Shown piece after piece: positions 1 through 12,307 of a DNA stretch of 64,000 nucleotides. The notes under the pieces are model-generated. The model made no database searches. It saw only the letters and a list, made by a program, of their open reading frames with translations, and had not been told where the DNA came from. The stretch covers positions 558,001 to 622,000 of the forward strand of contig JAIVFI010000011.1 of assembly GCA_025558095.1 (NCBI GenBank), given 5' to 3'. The position numbers and the translations under genes were made by a program. Positions within the stretch are counted from its first letter, which is position 1; each line of letters starts with the position of its first letter. Source of the DNA: Hyaloraphidium curvatum SAG 235-1 (taxonomy: Eukaryota; Fungi; Monoblepharomycota).

Positions 1-1900
1 GTCGAGCAGGATGACCTTCTTGCCCTTGGATGCCGCGTACTTTTGCACGACGGTGTTCGTCTCGAGCTTTGGCAACGACATCCTGCTGTCGTACTCGGCG
101 GCAACCCTCTGCCAAACCGCCAGATCAGCTTACTGCCGAAAGACAAAAGGCCCGGGGCACGCACCGTTAGCTCGGCAACGAAGCTGGTTCCCCAGTAGGC
201 AGCCGTGTACTTGGTCACGTAGCGGTAAAGCTTCTGGTAGTTCTCCGCCCTCGCCTTGTCCGACATGGTCACGGCGTCGTGGATCGCATGCGCCAGCTCC
301 TCCGTGTTCCACGGGTTGACGATAATGGAGCCGTTGAGGCTCTGCGCGGCGCCGGCAAACTCGGAAAGCACCATGACGCCGTGCCGCTCCTGCTGGCACG
401 CGATGTACTCGTACGAGACGAGGTTCATGCCGTCCCGGGTCGAGGAGACGATGCAGGCGTCCGAGATGGCGTAGAGGGCGACGAGCTCCTCGAAGGTGAC
501 GGACTTGTGCATGAAGTGGATTGGCATGTAGTCGACCGTGCCTGCCGAAACAGGTCAGACCGTGCTGCGACAGATGAAGAGCAAACTCACCAAAACGTCC
601 GTTGATCCTGCCAACGAGTTCGTTTACCACCGTCTGCAGCCGCTGGTACTCCTCCACATCCTGCCGGCTGGGTACGGCGACCTGCACGAGCACCACCTTC
701 TCGACCCATTCCGGGTGCTTGCTCAGGAACAGCTCCAGCGCGTGGAGCTTCTGCGGCACGCCCTTGATGTAGTCGAGCCGGTCCACGCCGACGAGGATCT
801 TGGTCCCGGCGAACTTGGCCTCGAGCCGCGCGATCCGCTGCTTGATCGAAGGCTTCTGGAGGCCCTCGGCGAACTTGTCGGGGTCGATGCCGATGGGGAA
901 GGTGCCCACGTGGACCAGGCGGCCCTCGAACTCGACGCCGTTGGGCATCGAGTGGAGGCCGAGGACGCGGGTGCAGGAGGAGAGGAAGTGTCGGGCTGCC
1001 AACTCACGCTTCAGTAACACTTCTCGGCGTCAGCCGCCAGATCCTCACCGTAGTCGTAGGTGTGGAACCCAAGCAGGTCCGAGTGCACCACGCCCATCAG
1101 AACTTCGCGTCGGACGGGAAGAATTCTGATCAAGGACGGGCCGTCAAGTGTGTCGTGGCGAACGGAACCCACTCCAAACTCACCGATAGATTTCCGAGCT
1201 GGGAAACGGCGTGTGCAGGAAGAAACCGATCTTGACGTTCAGCTTGGGATCAATCCGCTGGCGCAACATCATTGGAACGAGCATCTGAAGACGCGTGTTG
1301 AGTGGGGGAGGAGGACAAGCCGTTCCAGTCCTTCTCACCAGGTGGTAGTCGTGGATCCAGACCAGGTCGTCCTCCTTCACAATCTCGCTGATGGCATCGG
1401 CAAAGATCTCGTTGCACCGCTGGTAAGCGTCCCAGTATACCTCGGAGAACGAGATTTCGCCCGGGTGGTAGTGGAACAGGGGCCAGAGGATCGAGTTGGA
1501 GAAGCCGTTGTAGTGCTTGTCGGCCAGGTCGTCGGGAACAAACACCGGCACGGAGGAGTGCTGGCTCCGGAGCTGGTTCTTGACCGTTTCCTGCTCCTCA
1601 GGGGAGACTTCGAGGCCTGCCGGGGAGTCGCGTAAGAAACACCGCCCGCGCCGCCAAACGGGCCAACCAACCGGGCCATCCGATCCACGTGAACGACATC
1701 TGCTTCTTCAGCCCGCTCAGGGCCGACACCAGGCCGCCGGAGCTCATCGCGAACTTCCAGCCGTTCTCGGTCTTGGTTATCGTGATGGGCAGGCGGTTCG
1801 ACACGCAGAGCAAGCGTCCGGTGACGCCGGGGGAAAGATGGCCCTCGGGCTCGGCGGCAGAAGGGCCGGGTTCCGACGGAGCGGTGCCGTTGGCGGCCAT
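1..1900 (-). CDS. TPS1: Trehalose-6-phosphate synthase (GT20), multi-exon, 3' end beyond window; appears to continue into a TPP/HAD domain
   Basis: Spliced ORF pieces: VSNRLP, SSGGLVSAL, WIGWPG, HYNGFSNSILWPLFHY, WIHDYHL, GFFLHTPFPSSEIYR, GVDRLDYIKGVPQKL, SSTRDGMNLVSYEY. GT..AG introns about 50-60 nt. Last visible exon reads ...KYAASKGKKVILLD at the window edge. Confidence 0.95.
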
Positions 1901-2257
1901 CGTTGCGGGGCACGTCAGCGGGTGGGGCGCCTGTCGTGCTCCGCGCGCTGCACACGTCGAAACTCCCGAAAGACCGCGGAACTGCGGTCAGGGCATATGA
2001 AATCGACTGCCGACGCGTCCTCTCGGCTTCTGGAGGCTGGCCGGAGGAAGGCTTCTACGCCGCAGATGGTGTCTCAGAGGGGCGGCCGAGTTTCGCCGAG
2101 CGTGTTCGCTCCGCCTCGTTCCGATTCTGCCGAGTTCGCTGGCGCCGTTGCGCAAAACCAAGCCCAATTTTGAACACGCATGTACACTCTACTGCACAAT
2201 CCACTTCCGACTAGCCCAATGTCGCTTCCCGTACCCGGATGCGCCTGCGTCTGGAAC

Positions 2258-3898
2258 CTACAACTTTCCTTCCAGCCCATCCCCGCTCTCACCGGTCGCA
2301 TCGAAGCGGAAGCCGCGATACTCCTCGGCGGCGATCCGCGCGCAGGTGTGGCGGTAGCCGGCGCCGACGTAGGGCATGAACACCTTCGGTTTGCCCGGTA
2401 TGTTTACCCCACGGTACCAGGAATTGGCCTCGGGAAAGAGCGTCCGCGACGCCACGTCTGCGACGTGCTCGACCCAGGCCCGCTGCGCCTCCTCCTCAGG
2501 CTCGACGGTGCGCAGGTTGCGCTCCCGCATGTGACCGAGGCACCCGATCAGCCAATCGACGTGGTGCTCGCCGTTGGTGATGACGTTGCCGATCACCGAC
2601 GGGCTCTGCGGCCCGGTGAGGCAAAAGAGGTTGGGGAACCCCGCGACGGTCAGGCCGAGATAGGTCTGCGGACCCTCGGCCCAGGCCTGCTTCAGGGTGC
2701 GCCCGCCGCGGCCGGTGATGTCGATCGCCAGCAGCGCGCCGGTGACCGCGTCGAAGCCGGTGGCGAACACGATGGCATCGAGCTTGATGTGGCGGGCGGC
2801 GGTATTCACGCCGTCCGGCACGATGCGCTCGATCGGCTCGCGCCGCAGGTTAACCAGCGCGACGTTGGGCCGGTTGAAGGTCTGGTAGTACCCCGTGTCG
2901 ACGCAGATGCGCTTCACGCCCAGCGGGTGGTCGGTCGGGCAGAGATCCTCGGCGGTCCGCGGATCGTGCACTGTGTCGCGGATCTTCTGGCGCACAAACT
3001 CGCACGCGACGTCGTTGACCCCGTGGTGGGTCAGGATGTTGGGGAAGGCGTAGAGTATGCCGCCGCCGCCCTCCTGCCACAGCTGCTCGTAGCGCTGCCA
3101 CTGCACGTCGCGCGGCGGCACCGGCGCGGTGGCTGCGTTCGGCGGCACGCGGCCGAAGTCCGAGTGCTCGAAGCTCTGGCGGTAGGCCTCGAAGCCCTTC
3201 TCAAAAAGCACGTGGTCCTCCTCCGTCAGTGGCCGGTTGCGCGACGGCATCGAGAAGTTGGGCGTGCGCTGGAACACGGTGAGGTGGGCCGCGGCCTCGG
3301 CGATCAGCGGGATCGCCTGGACGCCAGACGAGCCTGTCCCCACGACGCCGACGCGCATGCCGCTGAAGTCGACCGGCTCGTGCGGCCACTTTGCGGTGTG
3401 GTAGACGGCGCCGGCGAAGCTGTCTTTGCCGGGGATGTCCGGCGTGTTGGGCACCGATAGGGCGCCGGTCGCCAGGATGCAGAAGCGCGCGCGGAGGACG
3501 TCGCCTTTGTCGGTGCGCACCGTCCACCGCGCGGTGGCCTCGTCCCATGCCGCCGCGGTCACGCGGGTCTCAAATTTGATCAGATCACGCAGCCGGAAGC
3601 GGTCGGCCGCGTGGGAGACGTATTGCAGGATCTCGGCCCGCGCGGCAAACTTCTCCGACCAGCGCCAGTCGCGCCGCAGCTCGGGGGACCACGAGTACGA
3701 ATAGAGCAGGCTCGGAACGTCGCAGCGCACCCCGGGATAACGGTTCCAGTACCACGTGCCCCCAACGTCCGGCGCGGCCTCGAGGCCGACGACCGACAGC
3801 CCGCTCTCGCGCAGCCGGTGCAGCGCATAGAGGCCGGCGAACCCGGCTCCGACGACCACCGCGTCGCAATCCATCTGAGGCGCGTACGGAGTTCCCAA
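2258..3898 (-). CDS. Type I Baeyer-Villiger monooxygenase (cyclohexanone/phenylacetone monooxygenase family), intron-less
   Basis: Two Rossmann motifs (GAGFAG, GTGSSG), GGTWYWNRYPG, BVMO fingerprint FAGAVYHTAKWP, ATGFD, SWYRGVNIPGKP; 546 aa. Confidence 0.95.
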   Translation of the reverse strand: MGTPYAPQMDCDAVVVGAGFAGLYALHRLRESGLSVVGLEAAPDVGGTWYWNRYPGVRCDVPSLLYSYSWSPELRRDWRWSEKFAARAEILQYVSHAADRFRLRDLIKFETRVTAAAWDEATARWTVRTDKGDVLRARFCILATGALSVPNTPDIPGKDSFAGAVYHTAKWPHEPVDFSGMRVGVVGTGSSGVQAIPLIAEAAAHLTVFQRTPNFSMPSRNRPLTEEDHVLFEKGFEAYRQSFEHSDFGRVPPNAATAPVPPRDVQWQRYEQLWQEGGGGILYAFPNILTHHGVNDVACEFVRQKIRDTVHDPRTAEDLCPTDHPLGVKRICVDTGYYQTFNRPNVALVNLRREPIERIVPDGVNTAARHIKLDAIVFATGFDAVTGALLAIDITGRGGRTLKQAWAEGPQTYLGLTVAGFPNLFCLTGPQSPSVIGNVITNGEHHVDWLIGCLGHMRERNLRTVEPEEEAQRAWVEHVADVASRTLFPEANSWYRGVNIPGKPKVFMPYVGAGYRHTCARIAAEEYRGFRFDATGESGDGLEGKL

Positions 3899-4152
3899 TG
3901 TGGCGACCGGCCGTGTGCAGGAGAGGATGAGGATTCTCCGTGTTCACAGTGGCAAAGCGTCTGGGGCCGATGCCGCTCTTGGGATTCGCCCGGCGAAACC
4001 CTCCGATCTAACTTCAAGATCTCAATTTGACGACGCATGTACAACTGGCAACACGATCCACATCCGACATGTCGGTAACTTCCCGGCCACACCATCGCTG
4101 AAGCATCCCGATCCCCGGTCCGCCTCTCAGTCAAAGAGGGCGTGCTACCACA

Positions 4153-5379
4153 TCACTCGAACAGGTCGGGCTGCTCCTTGGCGATGATGTCGAAGTAGGG
4201 CTGCGCCTGGAACCAGCCGGCAATGGTCGTGCCCACGAGGCCCCTCGTCTTGGTCGCGACCTCGTGCGTGAGGATCTTGGGCTTGCCGACGCTCTCGGCG
4301 AGGATCTGCGCCTGGCACTGGCGCTCGGCCGACCTGCGCGGCCTCAAGAGTCAGAAAAAGGTGGGAAAGGCGGCAGGAAAAGCGAACCCACAGGAACCAC
4401 CAGAAGCACTCGTCGACGGACCGGCCCGCGGTCAGCAGCCCGTGGTTCGACAGGATGACGAGGTGGTTCTCCTTGCCAATCAGCTTGCCGATGAGCTTGC
4501 CCTCCTCCTTGTCGTCCACGACGCCCGTGTAGTCGTCGTAGACCTCCTGCCTCTCGTAGAACGCGCACGCGTCCTGCGTGATGGGGTCGAGCTTGCGGAG
4601 GAGGGTCGACCAGACCTTGCCGTACATGCTGTGCGAGTGCGCGGCGGCGGTCACCCAGGGCTGGGTCTTGTGGATGCCCGAGTGGATGGCGAACGCGGCG
4701 GCGTTGACGGGGCGGTTGCCCTCGATGACCTCGCCGGCCTCGTTGACGCGGATCAGGTCCGAGACCTTGATGAGCTTGAAGGCCATTCCGAACGGGTTGA
4801 CCTGCCGACGGCATACGGAGGTCAGCGAGGAAGGCAGGGAAAGGCGGACGGTGCGCCCAGCTACCCACCCAGAAAGTGTCAGGAAACTCCGGGTCCCGCA
4901 CGGTCAGGTGCCCGGCAACGCCCTCGTCGAAGCCGTACTTGCCTGGGACGAGCGCGGGCCGAGTTAGCAACCCCTGCGCGGCGTTCCTGGGAGACAGCCC
5001 CGATGCCCGTGCCCTGCCTCCTCCGCCAGTCCTGCGCCGGAAAACTATCCTCCTGCGCTCTCCGAACGGGCTCCTGCGGGTTTCCGGGGCTCCCCGCTGC
5101 CACCGCCGGCCCCGCGCGACGCCCTCCGCCCCGAGCCCCGCCCTCTGCCCCGCGCGGCGCCCCCCGCCCCGCCCGAAACGCACCGAACAGCCTGATGGCC
5201 ATCGTCAGCCGCTCCTTCCGGTACTTGCGCTCCTCCGCCACGGTCTCGAACTTGGGCGGCGTCGACATCATGAAGGGGATAGACCGGACCTCGCCGTCCG
5301 CGGCCTGCAGCTTCTCGGTGCGGTCCGACATGTATCCGGTGGCCGCGGCGGGCTCGATGGCGTCTCCGGAGGGAGGCAT
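4153..5379 (-). CDS. Class II aldolase/adducin family protein, 4 exons
   Basis: Joined exons give ERKYRKERL..F/GKYGFDEGVAGHLTVRDPE..FW/VNPFG..FAIHSGIH..AAHSHSMYG..ILSNHGLLT..QPYFD; metal-binding His residues present. Confidence 0.9.
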
Positions 5380-5704
5380 ATTGGGCGCTGGAAGGTAGGG
5401 GTGCGCCTGGAAGCGAAGTGGAACGCAACTGGCCCGTGGCAAGGACGACCAGCAGGGCGCGGAAGAGAACAGCGCTCGCCCATCGCATTTCCCCTGTATT
5501 GACAGCGAAGCGGATGGGATATCCAGAGGATATGAAGAAGAACTAGCTTGGGAAAGACCGGGTCTTTCTGGACGGATTGCGGAACAAGATCACTTGAAAA
5601 GTCCCACAGAAGAAGATCTACCCGAGGCACCCGAGAAAAAGCCGACCACCGCGTCCATCGTCGACCGTACTCTCCAACGGTCTTCTCCAGAGTCCGATTG
5701 CCGC

Positions 5705-5941
5705 TCAGTCCGTCACCCCGGCCCTGATAAGATCCTCGCACTTCGCGTTGGCCCAGTCGTGAGCGTACATGGCCAGCAGGAGCGGCGGGGCAAAGCAAGG
5801 CACGTTGGCGATGACGCGGCGGTAGGCGTTGAACAGGCTCTGGTTGAACATGCCGGCGGTGACTCGCTGGCGCATCGGCGAGAGGGCATACGTCCAAATG
5901 CCCATCTGCGGCAGTCCGGGCAGTCGGCCCCACTGAAGCAT
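5705..5941 (-). CDS. QCR8: Cytochrome bc1 complex subunit 8 (UcrQ family)
   Basis: WGRLPGLPQMGIWTYALSPMRQ..GMFNQSLFNAYRR plus one TM segment matches the fungal Qcr8 pattern; start codon uncertain. Confidence 0.8.
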   Translation of the reverse strand: MLQWGRLPGLPQMGIWTYALSPMRQRVTAGMFNQSLFNAYRRVIANVPCFAPPLLLAMYAHDWANAKCEDLIRAGVTD

Positions 5942-6258
5942 CGTGGCTCTGAGAAAGTGAGCTGGAGTCAGTGACGTGTCACCAAAGAGGCGCGCGCGGG
6001 AGCCTGAAGCAGGGCGGCACGACACTCTCGGCCAGCCGGAACAGAAATCGACTTCCTCAGTCGTCTTGTAGGGGCCCTCACCTTTATTGGAGGGCAGCGG
6101 TGGTTTGCGCTTTGCGCGGCCGGTCGACGAACCATCTCAGACCTGGACCGGGTCTTCACGCCGACCGACCACAAAGGCGATCAAGATTCTATGCGTTCGC
6201 GCTGCTCATCCAACAGATGCCACGCTCCTTTTTCCTCCTCCCTGCCCCGTCAGCCCGT

Positions 6259-9200
6259 TCAGTCGTGGAAGTCCGTCTTGGCTACCACAACCCTCTTGAC
6301 GATCCCCGCCCGGATGACCCAGTCCCCGAACGGCTCGCCCTTCTGCCTCTCGACCGCGTACCGCTTGATGAGCGGCGACAGCTCGGCTACGATCTCGTCG
6401 TCGCCGAGCGACTCCTTGAACAGCTTTGCCAGCCGCTCGCCGTGGTGGCCGCCGCCCAGGTAGACGTTGTACGAGCCCGGCGCCTTGCCGACAAAGGCGA
6501 TTTCGGCGTTGTACGGGCGGGCGCAGCCGTTGGGGCAGCCTGTGACAGGAAAAGGTTGTGAGACTCCTGCAGAAGAGATCGCAGGTTCAAGTCAACGTAC
6601 CGGTCATGCGGATCACGATCGAGTCGTGCATCAGCCCCGACTCCTCGATGGCGTCCTCGAGCCTGCTGATCAGGCTGGGCAGGTACCGCTCGCTCTCGGC
6701 GAACGCCAGCCCGCACGTCGGCAGCGCGACGCAAGCCATGCTCGACAGCCGCAGACCGGACTTCTTGCTGTCGTCGATGCCGTACTTTTCCAGGAGCGCC
6801 TGGATGCGCGGCTTCTCGGCGGCGGGGACGCCGGCGATCATGAGGTGCTGGTTCGGGGTCAGCCGGAAGTCGCCCTTGTGCACCTTGGCGATCTCGCGGA
6901 TCGCCGTGCGCATCTGCTGCTCGGGCGTGTCCTTGACGCGGCCGTTGGTGATGAAGAAGGTGAAGTGCCACGTGTCGTTGAGCCCCTTGAACCAGCCGTA
7001 CTTGTCCGTGTTCTCGGTGAACTTGAACGGCTTGGCCGGCTCGAGCTTGTACCCCAGCCGCGCCTCGACCTCGCCGCGGAACCAGTCGATCCCGCGGTCG
7101 TCGATGGTGTACTTGAGCCTCGCGTGCTTGCGGTTGGTCCGGTCGCCGTAGTCGCGCTGCACCAGCACCACCTTCTCGCCGACGTCGATGGCCCTGTCGG
7201 CCGGCGCGTAGCCGAGCATGTCGGCCAGGCGCGGGTACGTCTTCTTGTTGCCGTGCGTCATGCCCATGCCGCCGCCGACGGTGATGTTGTACCCGACGAC
7301 GCGGGTGCCCTCGACGATGGCGATGAAGCCGAGGTCGTGTGCAAAGATGTCGACGTCGTTGGAGGGCGGTACGGCGACGACGGTCTTGAACTTGCGCGGC
7401 AAAAAGGTGCGCCCGTAGATGGGCTCGACCTCCTCGGACGTCATGACGGGCTTCTTGTCGAGCCAGATCTCGTGGTAGGCCGCCGACTTGGGCAGCATGT
7501 GCTCGCTCCAGCGCTTGGAAAATTCGTACACCTGCGCGTGCACCTCGGACTGCTCGGGGTTGGCGCCGCACATGACGGTGCGGTTCACGTCGCCGCAGGC
7601 GGCGATGGTGTCCATCAGCACGCGGTTCATGTCCTGGATCGCGGGCTTGAGGTGCCGCTTGATGATGCCGTGCAGCTGGAACGTCTGCCGCGTGGTGATC
7701 TTGATGGTCCCGTTGGCGTGCTCCTCGCAGATGCGGTCCATGGCCAGCCACTGCTCCGTGGAGCACACGCCGGCGGGCAGGCGCACGCGGACCATGAACG
7801 AGAAGGCGGGCTCGAAGCCCGCGTTCTTGCGCTCCTCGCGGATGTCGCGGTCGTCCTGCTGGTAGATGCCGTGGAACTTGAGCAGCTTCTGGTCCCACTC
7901 CATCACGCCGCCCGTGGAGCCGTCGACGAGGCCCTCGTTGATGGTGCCGCGGAGGAAGTTGCTGGCCTCCTTGATGTTGTCATCGGGGGCCACCGCGGGC
8001 TCGCCCGCGGGACCGACGCCCTCGACGCCGAGCGCGGACCAGAACTCGGGCATCCACGCCGAGTAGCCCGTCAGCCACCCGTCGGGGTCCTGGTCGTCGC
8101 CGACGCCGCACTCGGTCAGCCTCTGCGCGCCGAGCTTGGCGATGCGCGCGTCGAGGTCCTTGCCGGCCTTGGCGAAGAAGTGCTCGTCGCCCGGGGCCGG
8201 CCAGTAGTGCCTGTCGCCCATGCTGAAGACCGAGAACTTGACGTTGCGCAGGTCCAGCGCGGTGGAGCCGACGAACTTCCAGAACTCCCTCGCGTTCTGC
8301 GGGAACTCGCCCTGCCCCGCCGTGCTCGTCACGAAGCACACGTGCTTCTCCTCGGGCAGCCCCTCGGCGTCGTACTCGTCCATCGGCATCACCCTCGGGG
8401 AAAAGGCAAACTCCTTGGCCTGCTTGGCGAGCTTCTTGGCCACCCCCGCCGCGTTGCCGCCGTCGGACCCGTACAGGATCAGCAGCGGCTCCGTCTTCAT
8501 GCCCCCGAGCAGGGCCTCGTACGTGTCCCGTGCCTTGGCCTCGAACTCGCCGCGCATGGCCCGCTCCCAGTCGGCGTTCCACTCGCCCTCCCCGCCGCGG
8601 GCCTGCGTCACCTGCGCCAGCAGCTCGCGGCCCTCGAGGAACCTCTCCACCTCGATCCGCAGCTTCTCGCTCTCGAGGTCGAACCGCTCCTGCTGGGGAT
8701 CCCACCGGTAGAGCGGCCACTTGCCGGAATCCACGGCCAGCTTGACCTCCTTGAGCTGCGCCAGCGCAGCCGACTGCCCCGGCTTGTCCGCCTTGACCGT
8801 CGGAGCGTAGCACAGCACCACGGCCGGCCCGTCGAACGCGTCGGCCTCGGCGATGCTCCGCACCAGCTGCGAGTAGCTCGACCCCAGCGCGCACGAGGCC
8901 ACGTAGGCCGTGCCGTACTGCATCGCCCACAGGCCGAGGTCCTTCTTGCCGCCCTGTTCCCCGGCGGGGGTGGTGTCGACGAGGACGAGCTTGACCGGGT
9001 GCGGGGACTTGAGCAGGTGCGCGATGCCGGCGCTGGCGGGGTCGTACGCGGTCGTCGAGCCCGAGAGGAGCCACATGGAGGGCGGCACGAGGTGGTGCTT
9101 GTGCTCCGAGAGGAGCTTGGCGAGGGGCGACGAGGCGAACCACGCCTCGGCGGCGAGGAACGCGGTGATCTTGTCCGCGGCCTCGGCGGCCTGCGCCGGC

Positions 9201-10680
9201 GAGCCGGTGGCCCACTCGTCGATCAGGCCCTTGAGCGCGGGCGGGCACACGCCCGACTCGGCCTCCTTCCGGGCCTTGACGACGAACTCCTTCCTCGCCC
9301 TCGCCCGCTCCTCGAGCACCCCCAGGCCAAACTCGACCGTCCTGTCCTCCTCGCCCTGCCCCTCGACGCGGACGCCCCATGCGGACTTGTACCGCGGCGC
9401 ATTGCCGACCACCAGCCTGTCGCCAAACAGCTGCGAGAGCATCTTCATGTAGCCGGCCTCTGGGGCGGAGGGGTCGAAACCGCGGCGGAAGTCGGCGCCG
9501 CGCGAGGGGGCGGCGGTGCCGAGGGCGATCGGGGAGGCGGCGGGGCCGGGGGCGGCCAGGGCAGAGAGGAGGGTGGGGACGTAGGTGGCGGCGAGGGTGG
9601 GGGAGAGGAGGTGGATCTGGTGCGCGGCGGGGGGCGAGGGGAGCGTAGCGAGAGATGCACTGTGGGAATGAAGTGCATCCCGGATCAGCGCGGAACGGCG
9701 ATCGCCATGCACGTTGCAACCCACCACACGTCCGCAAACAGCGCATCGCCTTCAGTCTCGACGACGCCGACGGCCCTGACGCGCTTGTGTGAGGCGAGCA
9801 GCTCCAGCAGCGCCGGCTCGGGCCACGGCCTGAGCAGGTTCAGCGAGGCCACGCCCAGCGATCCCGACGAGTCGCCTTTTGCGAGCTCGCGGATGGCGGG
9901 AGACAGCGCGCCGGGCACCACGAGCACCGCGGCGGCATCGTCAGAGCCCGAGTAGGCCACGGGCAGCGGCACGGCCGAGATCAGGCCCTTGGCCTTTAGC
10001 GCGGCGGCGACCTCGGCGAAGCGCGCGGGGTACGCGGCCAGCTCCGGGTTCTCGGTGCGGCGCCTGAGCACGCCGGCCTTTTCCTCTGCGGGCGGCGCGG
10101 CCGGCTCGGGGAAGGCGGCTGCGACGTCTGCGGGGTCGGCCAGGGTGACCTCCTCCTCGGCGTCTGCGGCCTGCTCGCGCACGAACACGACGGCGGGCAC
10201 GCCGGTGGCGCGAGCGGCGGCGTGCGCGGCGATGCCGACGTCGGCGACCTCCTGCGGCGTCGCGGCGAACCACACGGCGCAGCCGGTGCCGCGGACGGCC
10301 GATGCCTTTGCGGCGTCTGCGAACGCCAGCCGCACAAACACCGTGACGGGCGCCCCGCGGGCGGCCAGCTGGAAGAGCGTCGGCAGCAGCGGCAGCAGCA
10401 GCGCCGACGGCGCGGCGACGACGGCCGGCGTGGGCGGCAGCGCCGCGGGCAGCTGCAGCCGCGGGTTGGCCTGCGATCCGATGTCAGCGGCGGACTCCCA
10501 TTCCCGCTCCAGTCCACCGACCAGCCTGATCACGCCCTCGCCGAGCTCCTTCTCGATAGCCTTGCCAAACTCCACGCGCCCGCCGTCCGCGCAGAGCACC
10601 GCGGTGCCGACGGCCCGCGCGACGTGCAGCAGCGCCGCCTCGCCCGTCGCCCGCCGCGGCGCGCTCGCCGCCGACGGCAT
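6259..10680 (-). CDS. MET5: Assimilatory sulfite reductase beta (hemoprotein) subunit, multi-exon
   Basis: PFOR-like N-terminus, [12 protein letters not shown], flavodoxin [39 protein letters not shown], siroheme/4Fe-4S motifs [10 protein letters not shown] and [11 protein letters not shown] (split by an intron at about 6545-6600); ends ..DFHD*. Confidence 0.93.
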
Positions 10681-11056
10681 CGTGTCCTCTGCCCGGCTGT
10701 GCCCCGCGATGCGGGTTCCCGGCAGCGTCCTACGGCGCGGAGCGGCTGCGGGGATTCCTCCGCGGCCTGGAGTTTTGTTGTTTGCCGATCTGTCGCCATT
10801 CTCCGCCACCGGGCCGGCATGCGGCCGAGGCGGCCATCCCTCGACGGTACCTGCTGCATTCAAAAGATACGTGCCTCGTACATCCATCTCCAGCACTCCA
10901 TCCACAGCATGCGCCTGTCATTTTCCCTCAACCGCCATCGGTCCGATCCGATCTCCGGTCCCGGCCGATTCAAGGCCAACCAGCACACGGGCCCTGAAGT
11001 AAGCGAGTCCTGCTAGACGAGCATGTATTCAGCGCACGTCAGCCCGAAACCACCCG

Positions 11057-12050
11057 TCACATCTTCACGCCGTGCCGCCTGGCCAGGTCCGCCATACCCT
11101 GCTCGACGGACACCACGTTGGCGTACCCCAGCTCCTTCCTCGCCCTGGCATCGCTGACAGTCACTTCCTGCGCCATCAGCGCCAGCAGCTGGTTCCCCTC
11201 GGCCGGCAGCGGCACCGACTCCGACTCGGGCGGCGCCTCGACGCCGGCGGCGGCGAGCATCCGCGTCATGAAGGCCCGGAACGGGTCGTCCTCGCCGTCG
11301 GTGAGGAAGTAGACGCCGCCGGCGGGGCCCTTGGTCGCCGCGAGCACCATGCCGTGGCAGCAGTTGTCCACGTGGCAGTGCGAGATCCTGTTGTTCCCCC
11401 CGTCGAACCACTTGAGCTGCCCGGACTTGGCCATGCCGACAAAGATGGGCAGGATCGACGAGTCGTCTGCAAACGCCGGCCGTCAGACCCGACGGCACGC
11501 CTCCCCGCCCGGGGATCCCACCGTTGCCCCAGATGAACCTCGGCCTGACCACCACGACCTTCAGCCCGTCCCCGTTCCCCTGTAGCGCGATCCTCTCCGC
11601 CTTGGCCTTGGTCTCGCTGTACGGTCCCGCCCACGTGTCCGGAATCGGGAAGCTCTCGTCCACCCCGACCAGCGGGTGTCCCAGTCCTTTCACGAGCCCC
11701 GCCTCCGTGCCGACGTGCAGCAGCACCCGCACCCCGGCGCGCTTGGCCGCCTCCACGACGTTGGCCGTGCCCCGCACGTTGATCTCCTCCATCGTCTTGG
11801 GGTCCTCCCTCCCGAGCGACGCGGCGCAGTGGTACACCGCATCGCACCCTTTCATCCCATCTGCCAGCACGCCGACGTCCGAGAGGTCCCCGCGGACGAC
11901 GCGCGTGGCGCCGGCAGCCAAAGCCTTCTTCTCGGCTTCGTCGGTGCGGACCAGGGCGACGAGGTCCGTGGCGCCGGCGCGGCGCAAGTGGGGGAAGAGG
12001 TTGCGGCCGACGAATCCCGAACCGCCGGTAATGAAGACCGACGATGCCAT
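11057..12050 (-). CDS. Extended SDR, NAD-dependent epimerase / 3-beta-hydroxysteroid dehydrogenase-like, 2 exons
   Basis: TGGSGFVG, HCAA, INVRGT, YSETK (YxxxK), RPRFIWG; intron about 11468-11522; second exon HVDN..YFLTDG. Confidence 0.88.
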
Positions 12051-12160
12051 CGCGGGAACGGGGGCTTTGGAGGGGTTGGGAGACAGCTGATGATGCCCGC
12101 CTTGCCTCGCGGAACGTGGGTTTTGGAGGGGTTGGGAGACAGCTGATCCCGCCTTGCCTC
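12051..12160. repeat. Imperfect ~55-bp tandem duplication directly upstream of the SDR start codon
   Basis: Core TTTGGAGGGGTTGGGAGACAGCTGAT...CCCGCCTTGCCTC occurs twice (about 12066 and 12122). Confidence 0.85.
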
Positions 12161-12307
12161 AGGTCGTGGGAAGCTTAGTTTCTGACGGCCAAACATCCCA
12201 GATCTCCACCAAAAGACCATTGCCGTAAGATCTGTCCACCGTACATCCATTCCCTGCATCCCATCCGCCGCATGCAAACCGATCCTGCTCCTCATTCCAT
12301 CCCCGAT

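Noticed and set aside
6467-9955. 1162-aa + strand ORF, and many similar long antisense or alternate-frame ORFs across the window
   Set aside because: Shadows of GC3-biased real genes on the opposite strand; no motifs.
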